From positions 1-64,000 of the IMG/VR virus record IMGVR_UViG_3300047160_002226: a stretch of 64,000 nucleotides of DNA. One strand, written 5' to 3'. The position numbers and the translations under genes are program-made. The notes below the pieces were generated by a model. The model was not told the origin of the DNA, searched no databases, and saw only the letters and a list, made by a program, of their open reading frames with translations. Of this stretch, positions 17,567 to 27,916 are shown piece after piece (positions within the stretch are counted from its first letter, which is position 1; the number at the start of each line of letters is the position of its first letter). Origin of the DNA: a virus.

Positions 17567-18055
17567 ATGGAACAGTACCACGACCTTGTTCAGCAGATAG
17601 TACGTGGCCGTCCCGTTTCGTCTGCTGTTGAAGAGCTTCTAGGCGAAGACAAGCTATCTGGCGAGGAACGAGAAGAACTATCTGGTGGTGAGTTCGTCTT
17701 CCCGAAGGAACGCCGTTATCCGATTCATGATGAAGCGCACGCCCGCAATGCACTTGCTCGTGTAGCTCAACACGGATCACCAGACGAACAAGCAAAAGTC
17801 AAGGCGGCGGTTAGGAAGAAGTATCCAAGCATCGAAGTCGGGGAATCACTTGAAGACGACGATGAAGAGCCTGTCGAGGAAGCAGATAAGTGGATCCAAG
17901 GCGCTATCAAGCATCCTGGGGCACTTCACAGGCAGCTTGGTGTTCCCGAAGGCGAGAAGATTCCAAGGAAGAGACTCGAACAAGCGGCACAAGCTGGCGG
18001 AAAGCTAGGCAAGCGCGCTCGACTCGCAATGACGCTCGGCAGACTCCGCAAGTAA
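17567..18055 (+). CDS. tag + DUF6582-like domain + basic KHPGALH domain
   Basis: FVFPKERRYPIHDEAHARNALAR (DUF6582-like), an acidic spacer, then WIQGAIKHPGALH...RARLA. Confidence 0.7.
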   Translation: MEQYHDLVQQIVRGRPVSSAVEELLGEDKLSGEEREELSGGEFVFPKERRYPIHDEAHARNALARVAQHGSPDEQAKVKAAVRKKYPSIEVGESLEDDDEEPVEEADKWIQGAIKHPGALHRQLGVPEGEKIPRKRLEQAAQAGGKLGKRARLAMTLGRLRK

Positions 18056-18064
18056 GAGGGGCTC

Positions 18065-18433
18065 ATGTCTAACAAGAACTGGCAGGTAGTTGGTTCCGTC
18101 AATGTGACGGGGCTAGCACCTATCAAGCTCGATCAAACGACAGCGCAAGTCAACGATCAGAACGAGATCCGCACCTACAGAAACACACTGACTCCAAGTG
18201 AGTCTTTCACCCCAGATCTCACTGCGTTCGCTGCTGTGCGCTCAATCGTGTTTACGTCAGATCAGCCTGTGAGCGTGACGATCAACGGTGGACCACCGCG
18301 TCCGAATGTTCGTATGGTTATCGAATGGGCTTCTGCTAGCGGCTCATTGCTTTCTGGAATCACGGTACAGAATCCACCTACAGCGCTCGTCAATGCGGAA
18401 ATCACGTTGGTGCTCGGGGGAGACGGTGTGTAA
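18065..18433 (+). CDS. small beta-rich virion protein
   Basis: GAGG site; resembles the 18443 and 39435 proteins (SDQPVSVTING). Confidence 0.6.
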   Translation: MSNKNWQVVGSVNVTGLAPIKLDQTTAQVNDQNEIRTYRNTLTPSESFTPDLTAFAAVRSIVFTSDQPVSVTINGGPPRPNVRMVIEWASASGSLLSGITVQNPPTALVNAEITLVLGGDGV

Positions 18434-18442
18434 GGAGCAACG

Positions 18443-18694
18443 ATGGCTGCACCTAAGACCGTCAACGTCAACGCCGATTTCAAGGCGAACAACGACAGCT
18501 TCAAGTTGAATCAAACCGTCAATACGTCGGATATGGAGACGGTTCTCGCAAGTCTGTCTCCGACGACTGACAGTACCACTATGTCTTCTTCGAGCCTTTT
18601 GCTTGTTGCAAGTCAGCCTGTCAATACGAATTTGCTTGGCGGAACGCCGCAGACTAACGTAAGGCTCCTTATCCTACTCGCTGACCCTGCGTAA
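18443..18694 (+). CDS. small virion protein, paralogue of 18065
   Basis: AAGGAG site; shared KL.QT...SQPV...GG.P..NVR pattern. Confidence 0.6.
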   Translation: MAAPKTVNVNADFKANNDSFKLNQTVNTSDMETVLASLSPTTDSTTMSSSSLLLVASQPVNTNLLGGTPQTNVRLLILLADPA

Positions 18695-18699
18695 GTGCC

Positions 18700-19062
18700 A
18701 TGCCATTTGTAAACAAGGAAAAAGATCGCGAATACAGGCGTAACTATCGACTCAAGTACCATCATCGTCGCATGGAAGATGATGAGTATAGACAAAGATA
18801 TCGCGGTTATGCGATGGCTCGCTATGACCGTATGCGAAAGATTGTTCAAGATTTCAAATCTGGAAAAGCCTGTGTGAAGTGTGGTGAGAACCATCCTGCC
18901 TGTCTAGTCTTCCATCATCGTGACCCAAGCACAAAGCTCTTCAACATCGGCAACTACAACAAGGCGGCAAAGGCTATCCACGAAGAGATAGCAAAGTGTG
19001 ACTTGTTGTGTGCGAACTGCCACCTAAAGCTCCACGCAGAAGCTAGGACGGCTGTATCGTGA
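18700..19062 (+). mobile_element. free-standing HNH endonuclease
   Basis: CVKCG...FHHRDP...EEIAKCDLLCANCH. Confidence 0.85.
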
Positions 19063-22013
19063 ACATAATTTCGATCACACCACGAGGCGGTAGCCCTGGT
19101 ACGTCAATAACCATCGTTGGCACTGGTTTCGGTGCCACGCAGGGCACCATTACGATTGGTGGTCAGCCAGTCTCGACCTTCTCGAACTGGACAGATACGA
19201 ACATCGTCTTCCTAGTGCCCACTGGCACTCCAACAGACGGTAACTTCGTTCTCCACATCAACGATGCTCTTCTCGTCAACTCCGCAGAAGAGATGTTCTG
19301 GGTTCCATCGCCAACCCCGCTTTTCAATGACATAGATTACAAACTCCCTGGAACTGAAACTGGTCCTACGCAGAACGATGACCTAGCACGTCGTCTCGAT
19401 GCTGCGACGATCAACCGTATCTTCGACCGCGCAACAGCGATCAATCCACCAGGGCAGCAGGGTCCAGCAGGTCCCGCTGGACCTCCAGGTCCCGCTGGAC
19501 CTGCTGGCCCTGCAGGTCCACCAGGAGCTACTGGTCCTGCTGGTCCTACAGGTCAGCTTGGCCCACAAGGTCTCCCTGGTGCTACAGGCCCAAAGGGTGA
19601 CAAGGGCGACACAGGACTCACAGGCGCTCCTGGCCCGCCAGGTGTAGCAGGTGTTCAGGGTGCAACTGGCTCGATTGGACCGATGGGTCCACAAGGCACC
19701 GCTGGTCTTCCAGGTGCCACAGGTTCTCCTGGTGTCGCAGGTCCAAAGGGTGATACTGGTCCTATAGGCCCAGCAGGTCCAGCGGGTATAGAGGGCGCGT
19801 CAGGTCCGTCTGGTCCCGCAGGACCAATCGGACTCACAGGCGCAACAGGTGGGCCTGGCCCACAAGGAATCCAAGGTCCACAGGGTCTTCCTGGCCCAGC
19901 GGGTCCTGCAGGTCCAATCGGCCTAACAGGTCCAAAGGGTGACACAGGAGCCGCAGGTCCAGCAGGATCGCAAGGTTCCACAGGCGTAGCAGGTCCAGTA
20001 GGTCCAATAGGTCCAAAGGGAGATACTGGCCCACAGGGCGCTCTCGGGCCATCAGGCGCAGCGGGTGCCACAGGCTTGACGGGTCCAATCGGTCCTCAAG
20101 GTCCGAAAGGTGATAAAGGCGATACAGGTCCAATCGGCGCAACAGGAGCGTCTGGCGCTCCTGGTCCCGCTGGTATCGCAGGTCCAGCAGGAATACAAGG
20201 AACAACTGGTCCTCCAGGCCCGCAAGGTGTCGCTGGTCAGCCAGGTGTTCCTGGTGCTCCAGGTAATCAGGGTCCAAAGGGTGATACTGGTATCACTGGT
20301 GCTCAAGGAGCCGCAGGCCCAACTGGTGCTCCTGGTATTCAGGGTGTCAAAGGCGATAAAGGTGATATCGGTCTCACTGGTCCTATTGGATCAATCGGTC
20401 CACAAGGTCTTCAAGGCCCGTCTGGTCCCGCTGGTCCTAGCGGGACACAGGGTCCTTCGGGACCTCCAGGTCCCATTGGCCCTCCAGGTCCCAAGGGAGA
20501 TCCAGGTCCACAAGGCATCGAAGGTCCGCAAGGTGTCCAAGGTCCACTTGGTCCGATAGGCCCTTCTGGTGGTCCTCCAGGTCCACAAGGTAATCCAGGT
20601 ATTCCTGGTCCTCCTGGCGCACAGGGTCCTCCTGGTGCTACTGGTCCTCAAGGTCCAGCAGGCCCAACAGGTTCACAGGGCCTCACTGGTGCTGTAGGAC
20701 CAACAGGCCCTCCTGGTTCGGTTGGTCCCGCTGGTCCCGCTGGCGTTGCTGGCCCTCCTGGTGCAGCAGGTTCAACGGGTGCTCAAGGTCCACCAGGCGT
20801 TACTGGTCCTGCAGGACCGACAGGTCCCACAGGTCCGACAGGATTCAACTGGCGAGATAGCTGGACATCGTCCGCTACTTACCAGATAAACGATGGTGTC
20901 GAATCTGGTGGAACCAGCTACATTGCAATAGCTGTTAACACTAACTCACAGCCACCGAGCGTGAACTGGAACCTGTTCGCACAAGCAGGTTCGCAAGGCC
21001 CAACAGGTCCGACAGGTCCAACAGGAGCTACAGGTTCCACAGGTCCACAAGGACTTCAAGGTCCACCAGGCGTAACTGGAGCAACTGGTGCAACTGGACC
21101 TACAGGCCCCACAGGACCCCAAGGCCCACCAGGTCTCAACTGGCGTGATACTTGGTCAAGTCTTTCAATTTACCAGATAGGTGATGGCGTTGCCTGGCAA
21201 GGCAATAGCTATATTGCCGTCGCTGTTAGCACAGGCTCCCAACCTCCGAGCGTAGATTGGGACCTACTCGCACAAGAAGGTGCTCAGGGTATTCAGGGTA
21301 TCCAGGGTATCCAAGGCATTCCAGGTCCAACTGGTGCGACGGGACAGGGCTTCACTTGGCGTGGCAACTGGAGCAACGTCACTGCGTATCTTGCTTACGA
21401 CGTTGTAATGTATCTAGGCTCCACGTATGTTGCGATAGCAAGTAGCACTGGAGCTATACCAGAGAACAGCCCGTCTAAGTGGGGTCTTTCTGCTCAAGGA
21501 ATCAACAATACTGGTGCGTGGAACTCCGTCGAGACGTACAGTCCTGGCGATCTTGTAACGCTCAATGGGTCATCTTACCTTTGCGTAATCTCTAACACGA
21601 ATACCATACCTCCGAACCCGACATACTGGCTCCTCTTCGCCTCGAAGGGCGATCAGGGTATCCAGGGCTATCAGGGTGTTCAAGGTCCATCTGGTGGTCC
21701 GACAGGTCCGCAGGGTATCCAGGGCAACCAGGGCAACGCTGGTGTTACGGGCGCTACATCGAATGCTGGTATGCGTCAGCAGCAAGTCACGGCTGCGTTG
21801 CTAACGGGGCCTCAATCTTTCACAATTACGACAGCGAACACGCCGATTGCCACAGATCGCGTCTATATGATTGTCGATGGTAGGTACGAGCGGGCAAACG
21901 GAAACATCACGGTCGCTATCAGTGTTGGGAGCTTCCAAGTCAACTGGAATGGGGCATACGACCTTACACCCAACGACGACATCGTCGTTACTTGGTTCAC
22001 GACACCTCCGTGA
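19059..22013 (+). CDS. collagen-like fibre protein with an N-terminal IPT/TIG domain and CBM5/12-like repeats
   Basis: [20 protein letters not shown] (IPT); a long Gly-X-Y run at about 19450-20845; four W-x5-Y..GD.V...G.SY repeats. Confidence 0.9.
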   Translation: MNIISITPRGGSPGTSITIVGTGFGATQGTITIGGQPVSTFSNWTDTNIVFLVPTGTPTDGNFVLHINDALLVNSAEEMFWVPSPTPLFNDIDYKLPGTETGPTQNDDLARRLDAATINRIFDRATAINPPGQQGPAGPAGPPGPAGPAGPAGPPGATGPAGPTGQLGPQGLPGATGPKGDKGDTGLTGAPGPPGVAGVQGATGSIGPMGPQGTAGLPGATGSPGVAGPKGDTGPIGPAGPAGIEGASGPSGPAGPIGLTGATGGPGPQGIQGPQGLPGPAGPAGPIGLTGPKGDTGAAGPAGSQGSTGVAGPVGPIGPKGDTGPQGALGPSGAAGATGLTGPIGPQGPKGDKGDTGPIGATGASGAPGPAGIAGPAGIQGTTGPPGPQGVAGQPGVPGAPGNQGPKGDTGITGAQGAAGPTGAPGIQGVKGDKGDIGLTGPIGSIGPQGLQGPSGPAGPSGTQGPSGPPGPIGPPGPKGDPGPQGIEGPQGVQGPLGPIGPSGGPPGPQGNPGIPGPPGAQGPPGATGPQGPAGPTGSQGLTGAVGPTGPPGSVGPAGPAGVAGPPGAAGSTGAQGPPGVTGPAGPTGPTGPTGFNWRDSWTSSATYQINDGVESGGTSYIAIAVNTNSQPPSVNWNLFAQAGSQGPTGPTGPTGATGSTGPQGLQGPPGVTGATGATGPTGPTGPQGPPGLNWRDTWSSLSIYQIGDGVAWQGNSYIAVAVSTGSQPPSVDWDLLAQEGAQGIQGIQGIQGIPGPTGATGQGFTWRGNWSNVTAYLAYDVVMYLGSTYVAIASSTGAIPENSPSKWGLSAQGINNTGAWNSVETYSPGDLVTLNGSSYLCVISNTNTIPPNPTYWLLFASKGDQGIQGYQGVQGPSGGPTGPQGIQGNQGNAGVTGATSNAGMRQQQVTAALLTGPQSFTITTANTPIATDRVYMIVDGRYERANGNITVAISVGSFQVNWNGAYDLTPNDDIVVTWFTTPP

Positions 22014-22034
22014 GCGAATACAGGGAGCTATCAT

Positions 22035-24290
22035 ATGCGTCTTCTGCTAAGCGGTAATGAGTTGTACGACTACTTCGCTGAGGGATGGTTCATCCAGAGC
22101 GGGAGTTTCACTACCTCGACAAACCAGCCTGGTGGGCGTCGGTCTCCACAGGGTAACGGTGGCAAGTACTACTTTTACCTTGCTGCTAGCACAGCCACAA
22201 ACACTATCGCTCACAGAATCTTCAACCCTGCTGTTGGGCTCTGTACATCAGTAACGCAGGGTGGACTCCAAGAGATCTATGGACGTGTTGCCTTCAACAC
22301 CAACATAGCTAACACAACGCAGACGTTGCTGTCATTCTTTAACTCTTCCAATGGCGTATCTGTCGGCGCAATTGGCACAACGTCCCTTGGTTCAGGTGGA
22401 ACGAACGGTTTCGCTGCTTTCAACGGTGCTGGCACTCAGCAAGCTGGATCAGCTATCAACCTAATTACATCAGGTGTTTGGCTCCGTCTTGAATGGCACT
22501 TCAAGTGTTCGGCGTCTGGCGGTCTTTGGGAAGGATGGGTGAATGATGTCCCAGCTTTCTCTGTGTCAGGTCTCAATACATCTAACGGAACGACCGTATG
22601 CTTTGATTCTATAATCATCGGACCAGGTGGCAACTTTGGTAGCACCTGGCAGTACGACGACATAGCCATCAACGATACAACAGGTCCATCCAACGTGGGT
22701 CGTCCTGGTGAGGGCTACGTCATCGCTCTGTTCCCAACTCGCTCTGGCACCTTCTCGCAGCTCCAAAACGCCTTTGGCACAAGCGCCGAGAACTACGACC
22801 ACGTCAATAGGCCAATCACAGCCTATACCGATCCAACGAATGTGTCCTTGTATGTCGGGACTAACACACCATATCAGAAGGATAGCTACAAGATGACCTC
22901 ACTTCCGCAGGAGCTTGGCGGAATCTCAGCTTTGAAGGTCATCTCGAACGTTGCTAGAAACGGTTCTGGTATCACGAACGCTAAGCTCCTCATGGAGCCT
23001 GGTTCGCCACAGCCAATCGTGGCACCGACAGGCGTTGCCGCATCTGGTGGCTTCGGCACAGCGGGCGACCATCAATTCTGCGTTGTCAACAAGATCGGTG
23101 GCAGCTACGGCCTTCCGAGCCCGATGTCTCTTGTTGTCAACCTCACTGGTGGTAACGGCACGGTGAATCTGACGATCCCTACGGCACCGACTCTACAGCA
23201 AGATCCACAGAGCGTCGTTACGGCCCGTGAGATCTACGCAAGCAAGGCCAACACCGACACGACGGTTGATGCAGCATCTAATGCTCAGCAACTCCCAGGT
23301 ATGGGTGGTCCATCACAGATTTTCCTCGCTGGCAATATGTCGTACTTCTCAGTTCTGCCTAATACGACGATGACATTCCAGATGAGTGGAACAGCGCTAC
23401 CGTTTAACAATATCGGTTCACCGCCAGGTGTACCACCGATCCAAGTCCCTGTGGTCAATGTGGCGTCTACAGTTGGCTGGCCGACGCAGGGCACTTTCTT
23501 CGTTCAGACGAGCGCTGGCCTCTATAGCGTTCCCTATACTGGCGTCACGGCAACTAGCTTCCTCGGTTGCACATTCCCCGTCAGCACTGGAGCTACAGCA
23601 CCAAACCTCCTCGTGAACTCGATTGCTACGGGCTCAAACGGAGTCAACGTAAGCACATTCACTGGAACACAAACGCTCAACGTCAACTCGAACCCTGTGG
23701 CGCTCACCTTCCCTTCGAGCGGCCTCCTCATTGTTCCGACTTCTGGAGGCACAGCAGTTCTTTCGTATGGAAACATACAAGCGTCACCACCAGCTTTCTT
23801 GAACGTCACCACGGTCAGCGGCACAGGTACGCTCACAGGCTCGGCCACGGTGTCTGCAAGCAACTTCATCCAGTACACAGGGACCGCTACGCTTGGTTCC
23901 GTCAACTCTCAGCAAGGTATCGCCTACATTTCCAACGCTGCTGGATTCGTCCATCAGATCCTATACACAGGCACCACGACTTCACCGAATTCGCTTACAG
24001 GTTGCACGGGCGGCTTCGGCTCACTTGCCACGGGTGGTTTCGTTTCTGGCCCGCTCTTCCTAGTCGGTACTGTAAACGACAACACGACGACGGCCTTCGC
24101 CTTTTCGATAGCTGACTCGAATTTCGGCTCACTCATATTGACAACGGAGATAGCTTCTTCTCCAATCGCGATTGTGAACGGTGCCTTCAACTACTACGAG
24201 AACATATTCGACCACAATCCTACTACGGGACTACCGTGGGGTCGTGATGAGATAGAGCAGATCGAAGCTGGCATCCAGTTCCTCCCGTAA
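22035..24290 (+). CDS. beta-rich virion structural/receptor-binding protein
   Basis: Thr/Gly/Ser-rich; lectin-like N-terminus (W.RLEW.F...WVND, YDDIAIND); C-terminal NPTTGLPW...IEAG. Confidence 0.7.
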   Translation: MRLLLSGNELYDYFAEGWFIQSGSFTTSTNQPGGRRSPQGNGGKYYFYLAASTATNTIAHRIFNPAVGLCTSVTQGGLQEIYGRVAFNTNIANTTQTLLSFFNSSNGVSVGAIGTTSLGSGGTNGFAAFNGAGTQQAGSAINLITSGVWLRLEWHFKCSASGGLWEGWVNDVPAFSVSGLNTSNGTTVCFDSIIIGPGGNFGSTWQYDDIAINDTTGPSNVGRPGEGYVIALFPTRSGTFSQLQNAFGTSAENYDHVNRPITAYTDPTNVSLYVGTNTPYQKDSYKMTSLPQELGGISALKVISNVARNGSGITNAKLLMEPGSPQPIVAPTGVAASGGFGTAGDHQFCVVNKIGGSYGLPSPMSLVVNLTGGNGTVNLTIPTAPTLQQDPQSVVTAREIYASKANTDTTVDAASNAQQLPGMGGPSQIFLAGNMSYFSVLPNTTMTFQMSGTALPFNNIGSPPGVPPIQVPVVNVASTVGWPTQGTFFVQTSAGLYSVPYTGVTATSFLGCTFPVSTGATAPNLLVNSIATGSNGVNVSTFTGTQTLNVNSNPVALTFPSSGLLIVPTSGGTAVLSYGNIQASPPAFLNVTTVSGTGTLTGSATVSASNFIQYTGTATLGSVNSQQGIAYISNAAGFVHQILYTGTTTSPNSLTGCTGGFGSLATGGFVSGPLFLVGTVNDNTTTAFAFSIADSNFGSLILTTEIASSPIAIVNGAFNYYENIFDHNPTTGLPWGRDEIEQIEAGIQFLP

Positions 24291-24330
24291 TCTGCGCTGT
24301 CTTTGACGCTTACTTTGTGAGGCCAATCGG

Positions 24331-27300
24331 ATGGTTCAAGCCAAGCCCACTACGCCAGTTATCAATACGGGCGATTCGCTCTATCCTAACCTAATCTGCG
24401 CGCTACCGCTGCAGGACGGTACTGGTACGACGGCACATGATCTATCTGGGCTTGGCTACAACGCAACGCTCACAGGCGGCGCAACGTGGTTCAATGATCC
24501 CACGCTTGGAACCGTCCTGCAGCTCGATGGTACATCTGGATTTCTCACGCTAGCGTCGAATCTCAACGCAGCCCTTCTTGCTAGCCTAACTGGCGTCACA
24601 GTCTCTATGTGGCTCAAGTTGAGGAATAACCAACCGACCGTTGCCACGAAGACTGGTCTCATGACGATCCAGTCTTACAACACAGGAACGAAGGCATCTA
24701 AGTGGCCCGCTGGCGGCTCCGTCACTGGTGAAGTCAACGGTCTTGGCTACCTCTCGACGTTTCGTGATAACACCAACACCAGCGTTACAGGTATATCGCT
24801 CGGAGCGACAGATAAGAGTCAGTGGCACTTGCTTACTATTGCCTCCCAAGCTGGCGGTCAATGGACCGCATGGCTCAATGGAGTGCAACTCACTACTGTA
24901 ATAAGTGCTAATCCGATTGGTGCCACACTCACGGCGGTCATGGGTCAGAGTCCATCCGATACGAACGGTGGTCCATACTACCTCGACGGATGGGTTGGTG
25001 ACTTCCGCGCGTATAACCTTGCGCTCATCACTCCGCAAGTGCAATCGCTGTTCAATTCTCCGTGGAATCTCTACACGATCACAACACCGATATCGCAATC
25101 CCGCCTTGAAGCGCTTACCGTTGATGCTACGTACTACTTGCCTATGTCAGAGCGTATGGCTGCTATTGAACTCGATATGTATTTCAATCGTGGCAGCGTA
25201 GCATCGAGTCGCACGTCTATGCTCATGATAGACGGTACTCCATATCACGATGCTGGCGCATCTATCCCTCCAAACGATCCTGGGCTTATCCCACTCAATC
25301 AAACGAACGCCTTCAATCCATCACTCAAACCACTCAACAGTCCAGTTCCAACTCTAAATGCTGACGCTGTAAACACAAATTCTACCCTTGCTATGCCTCT
25401 ATCTGAGGGCTATACAGGGTCATCAACAGCGCCGACACTTACATTGGCCTCTGGTGGCACACTGGCGGTCGGAACGTTCTTCTATGCTTACAGCTTCGTG
25501 TCACCGCTCGGTGAATCGAGCTTGAGCACGGTAGCAAGTATCACAACAAATGCCTCGAACAAGACGGTCAACCTGACGACTATCGTCGCTGGACCTGCTG
25601 GTACGACCGCCCGTAACATCTACCGCGCAACGACGAACGCTAACGGATCATATCAGCTTATCGGAACGATTGCCGACAATACAACGACGGTCTTCTCAGA
25701 TGGTGGTTTGGCTGCTGGTGCTAATGGGCCATTCGAGGTCAACGACCGCAGCGGTAACGGTAACAACGGAACCTTTGTAAATACGGTCTCGTGGGATACG
25801 AGTATCTCAAGTTACTACTACATCAACCGCGTCAAGGCCCCATCCCTCAAGTTCTCGTCAGGTAGTGGAAGCTATGTCCGTGTGCCTCGGACGGCTTCGC
25901 TTGAACCTACAACGAATTACTCGATTGCTGCGTGGGTTCGTCCAGCAGCCTTCCCAAGTATCAATTTCGGAACAATCGTTGGAAAGGTTTCACACGCTGG
26001 TACGGACCATTCGTACTTCCTTGGAGCAACGACAAGCGGAGCGTTTGTTTTCTACCAGCGAGACATTACTGATGGTGGGGCAGGACAATCTGTTACTGGA
26101 GGATCGTATCCTAACTCGCTCTCAGGAGGTCCATACTTCATCGTTGGAACGTACGACGGTTCTCTGCAGAGGCTTTATGTCAATGGTGCTCTCGTAAATT
26201 CGATAGGTGACAGCGGTGCAATCGACTATACGACACCAGGCGACTTCTACATCGGTGGGACCATAGCAGGGAACGGAACATTCAACGGTGACATCGATGA
26301 AGTTCGGATGTGGAATCGTGTCCTTTCGGCTACTGAAATAGCGAATATGTGGAGCGTTTCTCATAGTGGTAGTGGTACTACTACTGCAGTTGTTCCTGTG
26401 CTAGATGCTGCCTCTGGTGCATACGGTGCCTTCTCAACAGGAGCAATGACAAACGTTCACACGCTTATCGTTGATGCCTCCTATCATAAGCAGGCAGCAT
26501 CTTCTCGTGTTCACATTTTGATGATTGATGGCTTCGTAAGAGGCAAGGGCACTGCGACAGATCGTATGATGGGAATCGAACTCGATTGGGTTCCTGTTGC
26601 TACGACCGTGTCATTCGCAGGAGTTTGGTCATCGGCAGTAACTTACAGCATAGGTCAAATCGTCATCTACAACGGCCAAGAATACGTCTCGCTCACAAAC
26701 AGTAACCTCAACAACGTTCCGTCTACCAGCACTGCCAACTGGAGCCCATACTCGCAGATCACGATGGGTATCGGCGTCTGCACGCCGAACCAGGGCACAT
26801 TCAACGGCGGAACCGTGGTTCAAGTATCGGGGCAGTACTTCCGAAACGTCACCGCCGTGTATATCGGTGGAATTTCGGTAGCATTTACGGTTCTAAGTGA
26901 TTCACTCATCCAGTTCACAACACCAGCACATGCCGCAGGCTTCGTGCAGGTTCGTGTAGACTCCTCAACGTATGGAACGGTCACGGCTGACCGCATCTTC
27001 CAGTACGTAGGAGGCCAAGTGGCTGGGCAAGCAACGCTCTTCCGTGGAAAGCTATGGACGACGAGCATGTGGCATCAGGATCCACCAGGCTCGTTCTACA
27101 CAGGCATGACCACTATCTCTGGGAGTGATGCCATCCTCCCATTCACGCTTACCGACAACCCGACGACAGCTCAAGCCGTTGAGGTCTATGTGCGTCATAC
27201 TGGCGAGACGGGCTATAGCCGTATGCGCTATCTCGTAGATTGGGACGTTGACCTCACGAACTTGAAGATCATCTGGAAGGCAACAGCACCGTTCAATCTC

Positions 27301-27345
27301 GTTTCGACTGACGAGATGATCGTCATCTACTTTGGACTACACTGA
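24331..27345 (+). CDS. LamG/ConA-like lectin domain virion protein with an IPT/TIG domain
   Basis: Two LamG domains (YSIAAWVRP...GTYDG...LYVNG...FNGDIDEVRMWNRVLS), a CBM-like repeat and an IPT domain. Confidence 0.85.
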   Translation: MVQAKPTTPVINTGDSLYPNLICALPLQDGTGTTAHDLSGLGYNATLTGGATWFNDPTLGTVLQLDGTSGFLTLASNLNAALLASLTGVTVSMWLKLRNNQPTVATKTGLMTIQSYNTGTKASKWPAGGSVTGEVNGLGYLSTFRDNTNTSVTGISLGATDKSQWHLLTIASQAGGQWTAWLNGVQLTTVISANPIGATLTAVMGQSPSDTNGGPYYLDGWVGDFRAYNLALITPQVQSLFNSPWNLYTITTPISQSRLEALTVDATYYLPMSERMAAIELDMYFNRGSVASSRTSMLMIDGTPYHDAGASIPPNDPGLIPLNQTNAFNPSLKPLNSPVPTLNADAVNTNSTLAMPLSEGYTGSSTAPTLTLASGGTLAVGTFFYAYSFVSPLGESSLSTVASITTNASNKTVNLTTIVAGPAGTTARNIYRATTNANGSYQLIGTIADNTTTVFSDGGLAAGANGPFEVNDRSGNGNNGTFVNTVSWDTSISSYYYINRVKAPSLKFSSGSGSYVRVPRTASLEPTTNYSIAAWVRPAAFPSINFGTIVGKVSHAGTDHSYFLGATTSGAFVFYQRDITDGGAGQSVTGGSYPNSLSGGPYFIVGTYDGSLQRLYVNGALVNSIGDSGAIDYTTPGDFYIGGTIAGNGTFNGDIDEVRMWNRVLSATEIANMWSVSHSGSGTTTAVVPVLDAASGAYGAFSTGAMTNVHTLIVDASYHKQAASSRVHILMIDGFVRGKGTATDRMMGIELDWVPVATTVSFAGVWSSAVTYSIGQIVIYNGQEYVSLTNSNLNNVPSTSTANWSPYSQITMGIGVCTPNQGTFNGGTVVQVSGQYFRNVTAVYIGGISVAFTVLSDSLIQFTTPAHAAGFVQVRVDSSTYGTVTADRIFQYVGGQVAGQATLFRGKLWTTSMWHQDPPGSFYTGMTTISGSDAILPFTLTDNPTTAQAVEVYVRHTGETGYSRMRYLVDWDVDLTNLKIIWKATAPFNLVSTDEMIVIYFGLH

Positions 27346-27347
27346 AC

Positions 27348-27662
27348 GTGGGCAATCCGACACTATTTCGCGGTGCTCAAATGCACCTTGGCTTCAAGCG
27401 TTCGATCACGTTGACCAACGTGTCAACGATACCTAACGTCGTGACTCAACTACCCGTGCTTCTTGGTGACAAGCCAGCGTCTCGGCAAGCTGTGAGAGTC
27501 TTCTTCGGCCCACCAGGGGGTCCACATAAGCTGGCCTGTCTTGGCGTTGACTACGATGTGGACGTTCAAGACAGATACGTCAACTGGCTTTCGACCGCAA
27601 GATGGAAGCTCACTCTGAGTGAAGTGGTCATCGACTACTATACGCAAGGATTCTACTCGTGA
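27348..27662 (+). CDS. small virion protein paralogous to the C-terminus of 24331
   Basis: TLFRG...L.D.P...QAV.V...VD.DVD.....W.....L is shared with the end of the preceding protein. Confidence 0.65.
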   Translation: MGNPTLFRGAQMHLGFKRSITLTNVSTIPNVVTQLPVLLGDKPASRQAVRVFFGPPGGPHKLACLGVDYDVDVQDRYVNWLSTARWKLTLSEVVIDYYTQGFYS

Positions 27663-27892
27663 CTCACACTCTGACTTCGCATCAGTGCCCTCTATGTCTA
27701 TCGACTTGTAACATCCTGTTCACTACGCAGCTCCAGATAGAGATCTCTGATAGGTGGGCTCAACTCAATGCTCAGCTATCGTCCTTGCCTCCTGTGACTG
27801 ATCCAGATCCGTATGCTGTGATTCGGAAACGACTCATGATAGCCGTGCGTGAGGCATTGACCAGGGCTAATGAGCTAGGCGGGCTCGCTTAG
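27659..27892 (+). CDS. hypothetical protein
   Basis: GTGA overlap with the upstream gene; CPLC motif. Confidence 0.45.
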   Translation: MTHTLTSHQCPLCLSTCNILFTTQLQIEISDRWAQLNAQLSSLPPVTDPDPYAVIRKRLMIAVREALTRANELGGLA

Positions 27893-27916
27893 GCGTCTCT
27901 AGTAACGAGGACCCAG

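Noticed and set aside
19450-21760. Repetitive DNA as a possible CRISPR array or satellite
   Set aside because: The 9-nt periodicity is degenerate and encodes Gly-X-Y; there are no identical repeats with unique spacers and no cas genes.
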